Positions 1 to 8,629 of a stretch of DNA of 64,000 nucleotides are shown piece after piece (the first letter of the stretch is position 1; the number at the start of each line of letters is the position of its first letter). Origin of the DNA: a virus (Duplodnaviria; Caudoviricetes). Both the position numbers and the translations under genes were made by a program. Location of the stretch: the IMG/VR virus record IMGVR_UViG_3300044620_001883, positions 136,256 through 200,255 of that record, one strand, 5' to 3'. The notes below the pieces were generated by a model. It searched no databases, was not told the origin of the DNA, and saw nothing but the letters and a program-made list of their open reading frames with translations.

Positions 1-219
1 CGTATCGAGAGTAGGGTCGAAGCAAAGGTCATGATCGAAGTCAGGATCTCGGCTATTGAGGCTGCCCTGAAGACCAACAAGGATGCAGCCTGGCTCGCGG
101 ATGAGAACCTCGTGAAGCGACTCGATATCCAGCAGGAGCGAATTACACAACTGGTCAGCAAGATCGATGGACTGCACGTGACCGTCACACCAAGCGCAAG
201 TTCAACTACACCCCCATGA
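1..219 (+). CDS. Hypothetical protein, 5'-truncated (frame open from position 1), coiled-coil-like
   Basis: Frame is open from the window edge to TGA at 217-219, overlapping the next ATG (ATGA coupling). Confidence 0.6.
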   Translation, partial: RIESRVEAKVMIEVRISAIEAALKTNKDAAWLADENLVKRLDIQQERITQLVSKIDGLHVTVTPSASSTTPP

Positions 220-833
220 TGTACAAACAGGCAGGACCAGTACAGTTGCTTGGCAAGTTGCTTGGGCGTGCAGCGCCTGCCGCGAAGGGGTTGGGGTCCT
301 TCGAACGCTACCCTGCCTTGATGGCTGCGCGCCGCAAGACGATCGTGATCCCCAATGCTCGCGCCAGCTCGTTTCCAGGTCCTGACACTTGGGGCCAGTA
401 CCGTCCCAAGGATGACCTACTGCTAGTGCGCGGTGGGCTTTCGCCGACTGTAGCACGACAATCACTGCGGCACGAGCTTACCCACATGGCCCAAATCAAG
501 GCACCACACACCTGGCTGGACAGAACTGTGCAGGCCGGCATATCTCAGCCGGGTAATAGCTTCAAGTCAGGCCTACGCAGCATCCTGGCTGAGTTCGGTG
601 CCCGCACTGGAGAGACCAAAGGCCTGATGGCTCCTGTCAGAGGAGCATTGAAGTTGTGGGAGACCGCACCGTCCTATGCACGAGACTTCAAACGGTTGGG
701 TGCCCGCGCGGCGGCCCTGCCGTACCAACTCCTGACTGCAGCCCCTATTGTCGGCGGACTGGCAACGGCAGGTGGTTTGGGTCTAAAGCTCAAGAGCCTG
801 ACGGACCAGCTCAACCAACCTAAGACACGATGA
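216..833 (+). CDS. Putative zinc metallopeptidase-motif (HExxH) virion-associated protein
   Basis: SLRHELTHMAQ motif; N-terminal YKQAG motif; hydrophobic Gly-rich C-terminus. Confidence 0.55.
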   Translation: MMYKQAGPVQLLGKLLGRAAPAAKGLGSFERYPALMAARRKTIVIPNARASSFPGPDTWGQYRPKDDLLLVRGGLSPTVARQSLRHELTHMAQIKAPHTWLDRTVQAGISQPGNSFKSGLRSILAEFGARTGETKGLMAPVRGALKLWETAPSYARDFKRLGARAAALPYQLLTAAPIVGGLATAGGLGLKLKSLTDQLNQPKTR

Positions 834-874
834 AGCCAGAGGCAAAAACACTTCCGCACGGTTTCTGACAAAAC

Positions 875-903
875 TTGCAGAGTGTCCCGCTTGTTGCGAC
901 AGT
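875..903 (+). promoter_or_regulatory. Putative promoter TTGCAG-N17-GACAGT, 5 nt before ATG 909
   Basis: Matches the recurrent TTG-N17-xAnnnT pattern found upstream of many genes in the window. Confidence 0.45.
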
Positions 904-908
904 TGAGG

Positions 909-1526
909 ATGGCAACGCCGTTTCAACTTCTCTCTCACGTCAAACGCGCAGGCGCGACCCCTCCCCCACCGGAAGGTAAACAGTACGACCTGCCCGTTCC
1001 GATCCCTCCAACATCCAAGACGGACAAAACCGTAGCAGCCTTGCCGCCTGGTAAGCAGTACGCGTTGCCGGTTCCGCCAACCCCGCAAGCCCCTACGCTT
1101 GCATCACCCATCCTGACACGCTCAGGACAACCAGCTCCGGCAGGTTGGGCACCTCCCAAACAGGAACTCCCACCCGTGCCGGTTCCTGCGGAGGTGCGGC
1201 AGGGTCTACCATCATTCGGGCAGTGGTTACAGTCGCGCGCGGTCGATCTGTCAACAATGTTGGTCCCGTACCAAGCGCAGATCAATCAGGTCTTCGGACA
1301 CAAGCAAGCTTCCCACATCCGCGTCAGCTCGTACTTGCTCAAGCGCGCGACCCTCGGAGCAGCAAAGTCCGTAGCTGGACAGCAGCCGGGACTCGGAGGG
1401 CATTTGAAGCAAGCGCCTAAGATGTTCCAACCACCCGCTGCACCGACCGCTGTGCAGCCGACCCAGCCAACAGCGCCTGACTTCAAGATCAAAGCTCCTG
1501 CCGGGATCGCGGCAGCACGAGGCTAA
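909..1526 (+). CDS. Pro-rich hypothetical protein (start placed at ATG 909, within the 882 ORF)
   Basis: Tandem GKQY(D/A)LPVP(I)PPT; VKRAG, HKQAS and LKRAT motifs; promoter-like element just upstream of ATG 909. Confidence 0.7.
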   Translation: MATPFQLLSHVKRAGATPPPPEGKQYDLPVPIPPTSKTDKTVAALPPGKQYALPVPPTPQAPTLASPILTRSGQPAPAGWAPPKQELPPVPVPAEVRQGLPSFGQWLQSRAVDLSTMLVPYQAQINQVFGHKQASHIRVSSYLLKRATLGAAKSVAGQQPGLGGHLKQAPKMFQPPAAPTAVQPTQPTAPDFKIKAPAGIAAARG

Positions 1527-1529
1527 TTT

Positions 1530-2537
1530 ATGAAACCGACGCACATCCAAGTCAGTTCATACATGGTGAAGCAGGGATTGGCTAGGTGGCGTACTGCAAA
1601 GGCGTTGGCGGCTTTCATGCGCCGCCCACCAACACCGGCAATAACGTCTAATATACATCCACCCAAGTGGGGAGATCCGACCCGCCTGACTCAGCTGCAA
1701 ATAGCCAAGTCACATATGAGCTCGAACCCTTACGCACCAGCGCAAGAGATGTCAGGGCTGCTGAAGCAGGTAAACAAATTGGACGACGTGACACCGCTAG
1801 AGACACTCGGCGCAAACATGCTTCAGAATAAGCAAACTCCGGGTTCACTGTTTCGTGGAATGAGAACCTTAACTCCCAACATTGAAGCAGGTAGCTGGGT
1901 CCATGGAACTCCGTCCCCTGCTCTGGCCGCCAAGTACGGACCGAATCGTTCAGCTCCCGCGTTGGTTGCTGAATACCAGGCAAGCCCACTTAATCGCTAC
2001 AGCGCTGACTTTTTACAGGACATGGACGTCACCAAGCAAATGGGGCGTACTTGGGACAGTGTTGTTTCCGCGCTGCGTCAACCACCGAATTTGCGTGGCG
2101 ATGCATTCGGCTTAGCCCGCACGAACAAGAATTTATGGGCGCGCCACCAACTCAAGCTAGCTGACCCAAGAGAGTTGGTGACCGGCAAGGGACTGGAGCC
2201 GGCTGACAGCTGGGTACCTTGGTATGAGACCAAACTACAATCGGGTATCAACAATTTCCGCAATTGGGCATTTGTACATGACGGTAAACTGCTTCGCGTA
2301 CCGGCAAATAAACAATGGCAGCACATACTGCGTAATATCACGTCCCCTGTGTACAAGGGATCGTGGGCCTCACGTATCCCGCAGGGGATGGAGCAGTTTA
2401 TGGGGCGGCAGGGTTTTGAGTCAAGATTAGGTAGTGAATGGTTTAGAATTCAGGAGTACTTGCGTGGTGGGGTGGAAAAATTGAAACAGTTGTTACCCGC
2501 CCGTACGCCCCATGGCGCTGCTGCTCCCATGAAGTAA
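1530..2537 (+). CDS. Hypothetical protein with ADP-ribosyltransferase-like motifs
   Basis: LFRGM ... WVHGTPSPALAAKYG ... WYETKL resemble the R / S-T-S / E elements of the ART fold. Confidence 0.4.
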   Translation: MKPTHIQVSSYMVKQGLARWRTAKALAAFMRRPPTPAITSNIHPPKWGDPTRLTQLQIAKSHMSSNPYAPAQEMSGLLKQVNKLDDVTPLETLGANMLQNKQTPGSLFRGMRTLTPNIEAGSWVHGTPSPALAAKYGPNRSAPALVAEYQASPLNRYSADFLQDMDVTKQMGRTWDSVVSALRQPPNLRGDAFGLARTNKNLWARHQLKLADPRELVTGKGLEPADSWVPWYETKLQSGINNFRNWAFVHDGKLLRVPANKQWQHILRNITSPVYKGSWASRIPQGMEQFMGRQGFESRLGSEWFRIQEYLRGGVEKLKQLLPARTPHGAAAPMK

Positions 2538-2539
2538 AC

Positions 2540-2568
2540 TTGCTCCCCGGTCACGTCCATGCCACACT
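2540..2568 (+). promoter_or_regulatory. Putative promoter TTGCTC-N17-CACACT; leaderless transcript to ATG 2574
   Basis: 17-nt spacing; the -10 element ends 5 nt before the ATG; no SD. Confidence 0.5.
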
Positions 2569-2573
2569 AGGGT

Positions 2574-5500
2574 ATGGCCGACAAGACTAGACCAGATGTA
2601 ATCGCCTTTGACCTTGATGGAACACTGGCCCTACGCCAGGAGCCCTTCAATCCGTACTCGGTAGGGGAACCCGTGGAGGCAATCTTGGACCTGGCCCTGA
2701 AGGCCATCCGGGATGGGAAGCGCACCTTGTGCTTCACGGCCCGCGCCAGTTCCAAGGATCCCAAGATGCACAGCACGGTGCGGAAGTGGCTCGATGATCA
2801 CGGGTTAGAGAAGATGAAGATCACGAACATCAAGGATCCAACGATAACCCGCTTCTACGATGACCGGGCCATCGGGGTCGTGCCAGACAAGGGCGAGCTT
2901 CTGACCAAGGTCGCGGCCGAGATGGTTCGGAAGACCAGGATGGTGGAAGTTCAGGATGACCACTGCCCACACTGTGACCACAAGTTTACCGAGAAGGGCT
3001 ACCCGCGTCCTGACTTCGAACAGGCCGAGCGGGAAGGCATTGAGCCCATGGACGCTGACCAGCTGTGTCCCAACTGCCAAGGGATCGTGGATGACCCGGA
3101 GATGTCCGACGAGAGAATTGAGAACTACCAGGGCTTCGGCGGGGAATCCATGAAGGAGATCCTGTACCAGCAGCGGGAGAAGAAGCGGGCTATCCTGGCT
3201 GCACGGCGGGCCAAGAAGGCCTCCACCTCGCCGGAGAACGTTTCCGTTCCAGGGCGAGGAGAGGAGAAGCAGGCCGCCGGGGACAAGCTCCGGAACCTGT
3301 GGGTACGTCGGGGTCAATGTCCCGAATGCGGTGGCAAGCCCAAGGACTTCGAGTTCTTCAAGACCCACTCGAACGCGGAGTGTCGTGACTGCGGTCACAG
3401 CTTCGATGTCGATGCTGAACGTAAGAAGCAGGCTTCCTGGGACCAAGCCCAAGAGAAGTCCGCCTCAGTACAGATCGCAGGCCGTACTGGCCCGCATGGA
3501 ATCCTGGAAGCCCTCAAGGCCCTGAACCTCGATGACCTCGAGAAGCAAGCCCGTGCTGACATTGCCTCCGGGAAGATCACCAAGCGTGACCGTGGGGTCA
3601 AGATGCTCAATGCCCTCGAAGGACTGCGCCGCAATGAGATCAAGCCCGAGGAGCTGATGATCAAGCGGGTGCCAGTGCTGCCACCGGCCTTCAGGCCCTT
3701 CTCGTTCCTGGGCACCACCTACATTCCCGGTGATGCCAACGAGCTCTACCAGGACCTCTTCAAGCACCGCGCCATCCATGACGAGACGCTCTCGACCCTG
3801 GGGGAAGGCGGCGCAGCCCTGACGCGCATGAATCTCCTGAATGCCACGAGGGCCCTGTACGGTTACGGAGACCCCGTGTCCCCGAAGCTCAAGGAGCGTG
3901 GACCCTCGGGCTACTTGGACCAGATCCTCAACGAAGGGCCAAAGCACTGCTACTCTGCAGACACAGAAATCCTGACGCGGGGTCAAGGGTGGGTGAAGTT
4001 CTCTGAACTGGAGCGTGGGGCGCAGGTGGCCACCATAAATCCCAAGACCCTGGCATTCGAATGGCAGACCCCTACGGAGTACATCGATTCAGAATACAGC
4101 GGTACCATGAAGCGGTTCGTAGTTGGTGGGCGTACAGGCAAGCGCATGGACCTTTTGGTCACACCCAATCACCGGATGTGGACCAAAAAGCGCGACAAGA
4201 AGAATAAGATGACGGACGACAATTTGCGCACTGGTTGGTATGCGATGCGGGCCGACGAGTTGGTCGCGCACAAAGTACGTCACTTCGCTATGGTGGGCGC
4301 AGGTGGTTGGGAGGGCTCGGTCGAACTGCCAGAGTGTGCACGCCACTGGCCCGCTGAACTGTTTGCACGTTTTATCGGTTGGTACATTTCAGAAGGAAGC
4401 ACACACGAATGTGGTACGATCGCTACAATCTGGCAGACCGAAGCAAACCCCGATTACTGCTTGGAACTAGACGCTTTGTTCCGAGACATCAGCAATGTAC
4501 AAGAGGTGTCCAAAGTGAACATGCACCGGGAGGAGCCTCGCTTCAGCGGTTACGGTTGGAGCATCAAGGGATGTAGACCGTTGGTTGCATGGTTGGAACA
4601 GCATTGCGGCAAAGGTTCCAATTTCAAGCGCATACCTGCTCTAGCACGTGATTGGAATCAGACCCTGTTGGGGTTGCTGTTCGACACCTACCTGAAGGGG
4701 GATGGCGCTAAGCGCGTTCCATGGCAGAAGCGTGCAAACGCGTCCGACAACTACCGGTTCCGTGATGCTCTTACAGATTCACATCATGCTTTCATTACCA
4801 CAAGTCCAAAGCTGTTCGATGACCTGATGGAAGTAGGCTTCAAACTTGGTATTTGTATCCGCCGTAGAAAAGAGCACCCGCATCTGTATCCAGAGCACCA
4901 TGCTGAGAAGTACAATGGTGTGCTCATTGGGCGCTGGTTCGTTCAAACCGAGTCGAACGGGACAGTTCAGGATGTGCAGTACAACGGTCACATTTATTGT
5001 GTCGCTGTACCTAACGGGCTGCTTGTGGTGCGCCGCAACGGTGCCGCCGTCGTCAGTGGTAACTCCTTCGTTCAACGCCGGCTCCTTTCCAAGCCCATCG
5101 ACAACGTGGGCCGCAGTGTCATCACGGTCGATCCAGACCTGGGCCTCGATGAAGTCTCGATCCCCCGTGAGATGGCCTGGACGCTCGCCGGTTCCAAGGT
5201 ACAGCGGCGGCTGGCCATGATGGGCATGAGTCCCGCCCAGACCATCAAAGCCGTGAAGGACCGTGACGCCTTTGCCAGCCGCACCCTGGAGCTTGAGCTG
5301 AAGGACACACCCTTCATCCTTTCCCGCGCTCCAGCCTGGCACAAGTTCAACGCCGTCGGGCAGTATGCCCGGATCCACGACGGTCCGCACATTGCCATCA
5401 ACCCCTATATCACGGCCGGTCAGAACGCCGACTTCGACGGGGACCAGATCAACGTCTCCCTGCCGGTCCTGCCAGAATCCATCAAGGAGACCAAGGAGAA

Positions 5501-5705
5501 GTTGATGGCCAGCAAGATGCTGTTCTCCATCAAGAACCAGGACGACGTGGTCCCGGTGCCTAAGCATGAGCAAATTTTAGGCATCTGGAATGCCAACAAA
5601 CGTCCGCCTACGAAGCTGCACAGCTTCGCTTCAGGACAGGAAGCGCTTGCGGGTATGCAGAGCGGCGCTGTAAAGTTGGAGGACGACATTGAAATTCCGG
5701 ACTAG
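2574..5705 (+). CDS. Phage multi-subunit RNA polymerase beta'-like subunit (catalytic middle part), N-terminally fused to a HAD phosphatase and two Zn-ribbons; intein-containing
   Basis: IAFDLDGTL and FYDDRA (HAD motifs I and IV); CPHC/CPNC and CPEC/CRDC; VPVLPPAFRP, DANELYQDL, LLSKPIDNVGRSVIT, LSRAPAWHK, catalytic NADFDGDQ at 5424-5447, VPKHEQILGIW. Confidence 0.93.
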   Translation: MADKTRPDVIAFDLDGTLALRQEPFNPYSVGEPVEAILDLALKAIRDGKRTLCFTARASSKDPKMHSTVRKWLDDHGLEKMKITNIKDPTITRFYDDRAIGVVPDKGELLTKVAAEMVRKTRMVEVQDDHCPHCDHKFTEKGYPRPDFEQAEREGIEPMDADQLCPNCQGIVDDPEMSDERIENYQGFGGESMKEILYQQREKKRAILAARRAKKASTSPENVSVPGRGEEKQAAGDKLRNLWVRRGQCPECGGKPKDFEFFKTHSNAECRDCGHSFDVDAERKKQASWDQAQEKSASVQIAGRTGPHGILEALKALNLDDLEKQARADIASGKITKRDRGVKMLNALEGLRRNEIKPEELMIKRVPVLPPAFRPFSFLGTTYIPGDANELYQDLFKHRAIHDETLSTLGEGGAALTRMNLLNATRALYGYGDPVSPKLKERGPSGYLDQILNEGPKHCYSADTEILTRGQGWVKFSELERGAQVATINPKTLAFEWQTPTEYIDSEYSGTMKRFVVGGRTGKRMDLLVTPNHRMWTKKRDKKNKMTDDNLRTGWYAMRADELVAHKVRHFAMVGAGGWEGSVELPECARHWPAELFARFIGWYISEGSTHECGTIATIWQTEANPDYCLELDALFRDISNVQEVSKVNMHREEPRFSGYGWSIKGCRPLVAWLEQHCGKGSNFKRIPALARDWNQTLLGLLFDTYLKGDGAKRVPWQKRANASDNYRFRDALTDSHHAFITTSPKLFDDLMEVGFKLGICIRRRKEHPHLYPEHHAEKYNGVLIGRWFVQTESNGTVQDVQYNGHIYCVAVPNGLLVVRRNGAAVVSGNSFVQRRLLSKPIDNVGRSVITVDPDLGLDEVSIPREMAWTLAGSKVQRRLAMMGMSPAQTIKAVKDRDAFASRTLELELKDTPFILSRAPAWHKFNAVGQYARIHDGPHIAINPYITAGQNADFDGDQINVSLPVLPESIKETKEKLMASKMLFSIKNQDDVVPVPKHEQILGIWNANKRPPTKLHSFASGQEALAGMQSGAVKLEDDIEIPD
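3948..5063 (+). mobile_element. Intein with LAGLIDADG-type homing endonuclease (372 aa) in the RNAP beta' middle subunit
   Basis: Starts CYSADTEILT and ends VVRRNGAAVVSGN before Ser+1; FIGWYISEGS and LFDTYLKGDG motifs; removal gives GPKH-SFVQRRLLSK; codon usage is more A/T-ending than the exteins. Confidence 0.92.
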
Positions 5706-5714
5706 CCTGACCCC

Positions 5715-7715
5715 ATGACCTTTTTACCACGTACATTACTGAAGCTTGCCACTGTCGACAACACGGCAAGCTATGATCCGGCTAAGGGAATGCCAAGTCC
5801 TGTGGTGACACCAGGCACGGATGATCCCAATGAGATCGTCACAAGACTGCCCGCTCCTGCGCCGACGACAACGACAACCACCACGCCAACTACCACCGCA
5901 ACCACCACGCCAACCACCACGCCAACTACCACCGCACCAAACAACGGTGCTCCCACTTCGGCTCCGGTTGGCAACGCCGCTTTTGCAGGTAATGCTGGCA
6001 CACGTCCCAACGTCTCCACTTGGGAGCCGGGCAACGGAGGTCTGGCAGTTCCGGTTGGCGACCCTGCGGATTTCAAGGCCATGTCGCGACCAGATCTCGC
6101 GAATTTTTACAAAGGCTGGGGTGGGCGGGCCTACACGGACCGTGCGCCAGGAACAGTGGGCACACCAGTTCAGCAAATGGGCAGTGCGGATCTGTACAGC
6201 CCGACACCAGGGAATCCTGGAGGGACACATGTCAGCGCCACTATTGATCCAGAGAGTTCCCTTCGTAAAGGTGGGGATCCCAACAAGCGTGTCCTGAACT
6301 CCCAGTACGGAACTGGGAGTGTGACATTCAACAATCCCTCAAACTGGGCCACGGCCCCAGACCGCAAGACCGTCATTGATGGTAAGACCTACACAGGCCC
6401 CAATGCCTTCCGTGACCATCTGGAACCGATCGTGGCGAAGCAGCAGGAGGCGGCCAAGACACAAGCTGTCGCGGAGGTCGACAAGGCCAACCCTGGGTAC
6501 TTGTTCAAAGGACCTGCAATGGCAGACCCACGTGGACCGGCCTATCCGGATGTGCCAAACCTGCGTAACCAAACCATGGCGGGTTCCCGTATTGGAGATT
6601 CGCCTTATCAGTCCCTCACGGATCCAGATCGCGTGAACCCCGCGATCGGCATCTCGGAAGGACGCCAACAGTACATCAATGATCTTGGTTCTTTGAACCT
6701 ACCCGCGCGTGTGCCTGCTCCACAGCAGTTGTTGGCTGGAGGCAAACCTGGAGGCAAACCTGGAGGCCAGCCCGCCGCAGAGCCCTATACGTCAATGCCT
6801 GTGAATCCGCAGTTCAAGGTTCCTAGTACCTTTGATCCATCTCGGAATACATTTATTTCATCAAACAGGCCAGGTAGTTATGATCCAGCATTAGCGGCGA
6901 TGCGGGAAGGCGACCCGTTTGGTGCGAACGTCCATGGACAGCCTTCGCATTCAGGGAGAAAGCTGACAGGATTTGAATCAGACGCGGCGGCCACCAAGGA
7001 CTGGGCAGCGAATCCAGTAGAGCCGAAGCTTCTGAAGAAACAGAGTAATACTGTTTCTCCTTTGGATGATCCGAATTCCTTGCTTAACCTGGACACGTCG
7101 GGACCGCTGATTCGGGAGCTTCCGGCCAAGCCTGCATCACCAGTAGCTGCGGCCAAGCCTGCATCACCCCCAGCCGTTGTCACTCCAAAGCCTGCTGCTC
7201 CAGCAACACCGAAGGTAGATGATTCACTCGGATGGGAAGCCGCTACGCCGCCCCCAAATGCTTCAGCTCCCAAGCTAAAACCAAGTGACAGCGGTACACT
7301 CGGTTGGGAGTCTGGCCCTATGCCTCCCACACAAGGACAGCAGGATGCGGCGAACATATTGAGGAACCAAGGTAACACGGAATTCCGTCTCCTCAACAAC
7401 TGGCCAGGGAGTGATTGGGATCACCTGAAGAAGCAATTCCCAGAAGTGAAACCTGAGCAGTACAGGACAACAAATGCGCTCATTGATGCTTATCGAGCAG
7501 TCCTGCCGCCAGTCAAATCTGGTGCCCTCCACTTCGCGCTCCAGTGTTCCAAGTTCGCCAGTGCGATCATGCACACCCCCACCGGCCTTGAACCTCAGGG
7601 TGGGCTCGCAAAGCCGAAGATCAAGATGCCAATTGGCCCGGGGCGTCCGCAGGTCGCATTCGAGCACGCCGCCCCCGCCAAGCCCTCCATAACCCCTCTC
7701 ACTCCTGCCTCATGA
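5715..7715 (+). CDS. Large low-complexity Pro/Thr/Ala-rich protein, probably virion-internal
   Basis: 666 aa; poly-Thr, GGKPGGKPGG and AKPASP repeats; LKLAT near the N-terminus, SKFAS near the C-terminus. Confidence 0.75.
   Translation: MTFLPRTLLKLATVDNTASYDPAKGMPSPVVTPGTDDPNEIVTRLPAPAPTTTTTTTPTTTATTTPTTTPTTTAPNNGAPTSAPVGNAAFAGNAGTRPNVSTWEPGNGGLAVPVGDPADFKAMSRPDLANFYKGWGGRAYTDRAPGTVGTPVQQMGSADLYSPTPGNPGGTHVSATIDPESSLRKGGDPNKRVLNSQYGTGSVTFNNPSNWATAPDRKTVIDGKTYTGPNAFRDHLEPIVAKQQEAAKTQAVAEVDKANPGYLFKGPAMADPRGPAYPDVPNLRNQTMAGSRIGDSPYQSLTDPDRVNPAIGISEGRQQYINDLGSLNLPARVPAPQQLLAGGKPGGKPGGQPAAEPYTSMPVNPQFKVPSTFDPSRNTFISSNRPGSYDPALAAMREGDPFGANVHGQPSHSGRKLTGFESDAAATKDWAANPVEPKLLKKQSNTVSPLDDPNSLLNLDTSGPLIRELPAKPASPVAAAKPASPPAVVTPKPAAPATPKVDDSLGWEAATPPPNASAPKLKPSDSGTLGWESGPMPPTQGQQDAANILRNQGNTEFRLLNNWPGSDWDHLKKQFPEVKPEQYRTTNALIDAYRAVLPPVKSGALHFALQCSKFASAIMHTPTGLEPQGGLAKPKIKMPIGPGRPQVAFEHAAPAKPSITPLTPAS
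5865..5936 (+). repeat. Imperfect in-frame tandem repeat (accaccacgcca-like units) encoding TTTP/TTTA
   Basis: Visible directly in the sequence. Confidence 0.85.
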
Positions 7716-8344
7716 CAACACCCGCTCAACTTGCTGCTGACTTCCGTCAGCTTTCCCAGAAGCTCGCCTTCATTGGTGGACCACCTCAGCAAGGTGCCGC
7801 GCCTCCACCACAAGGGGCACCACCTCCAGGTGATCCGTCTCAGCAGGGTGCCCCGCCTCCCCAGGGCGCACCACCTCCCCAAGGCGCCCCGCCGCCACCT
7901 CAAGGTGATCCGTCCCAGCAGGGCGCCCCGCCTCCCCAGGGTGATCCGTCCCAGCAGGGTGTTGATCCCATGCAGTTGCTGCAGCAGCTTCAGCAGCAGG
8001 TTGGTGAGATGCTGCAGGGCATCGAGCAGCTGGCGCAGACGGCGCAGCAACAGCAGCAGATGTTCGAGGCCCTGGCGCAGAAGACGCAGGCCTTCGAGCA
8101 GAAATCAATGCAGCAGGAAATGCAGCTCAAGGCGATGCAGAAGGCCATCGACGACTCGTCGAAGGTCATGCCCGACATGCTGCAGGATATGCAGCAGCAG
8201 CTCGCCCAACAGGAGCAGGCCCACCAGAAGGCCCTCATGCAGCAGCAGCTGTCCCAGCAGGCACTTGAGCAGCAGCTCCAACCGATGCTCCAACAAGCTG
8301 ACCCAGCCTCGCAGCACATGATGGCGCAGGCAGGCGTGCAATAA
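7712..8344 (+). CDS. Gln/Pro/Gly-rich protein with a Q-rich coiled-coil-like C-terminus
   Basis: QKLAFIGG followed by GAPPPQG/GDPSQQ repeats and an LQQ-rich helical half. Confidence 0.8.
   Translation: MTTPAQLAADFRQLSQKLAFIGGPPQQGAAPPPQGAPPPGDPSQQGAPPPQGAPPPQGAPPPPQGDPSQQGAPPPQGDPSQQGVDPMQLLQQLQQQVGEMLQGIEQLAQTAQQQQQMFEALAQKTQAFEQKSMQQEMQLKAMQKAIDDSSKVMPDMLQDMQQQLAQQEQAHQKALMQQQLSQQALEQQLQPMLQQADPASQHMMAQAGVQ
7778..7960 (+). repeat. In-frame tandem repeats encoding (GDPSQQ)GAPPPQ units
   Basis: ggtgatccgtc(c/t)cagcaggg occurs three times, interleaved with gccccgcctccccag-like units. Confidence 0.85.
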
Positions 8345-8356
8345 ACCACAGCCCAC

Positions 8357-8626
8357 ATGATTCGCCTTCGCTCTCTCACTGACGGTACAGTGGTACTGGT
8401 CCCAACCTCTTGTGCAGTCGAGGTGCTGGACCAGGAAGGCGCTGTCGCGTTGCTGCTCCTGCCGGATCTTGGCAAGCACTCCCTGAAGCTCGTGACCCTC
8501 ACGGAAGAGCCGACGGTGGCCCAGAACTATTCGAAGACCTTTGGTGTGCCGTTCAGCCAGGTGGTGGTGCCCGACCTGTCTGCGTTAAGCGGCGAAGCCC
8601 CGCCACCCCAACCCTTTAAGTCCTGA
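8357..8626 (+). CDS. Hypothetical protein
   Basis: 89 aa ORF tightly packed between neighbours, with typical codon usage. Confidence 0.7.
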   Translation: MIRLRSLTDGTVVLVPTSCAVEVLDQEGAVALLLLPDLGKHSLKLVTLTEEPTVAQNYSKTFGVPFSQVVVPDLSALSGEAPPPQPFKS

Positions 8627-8629
8627 CCT

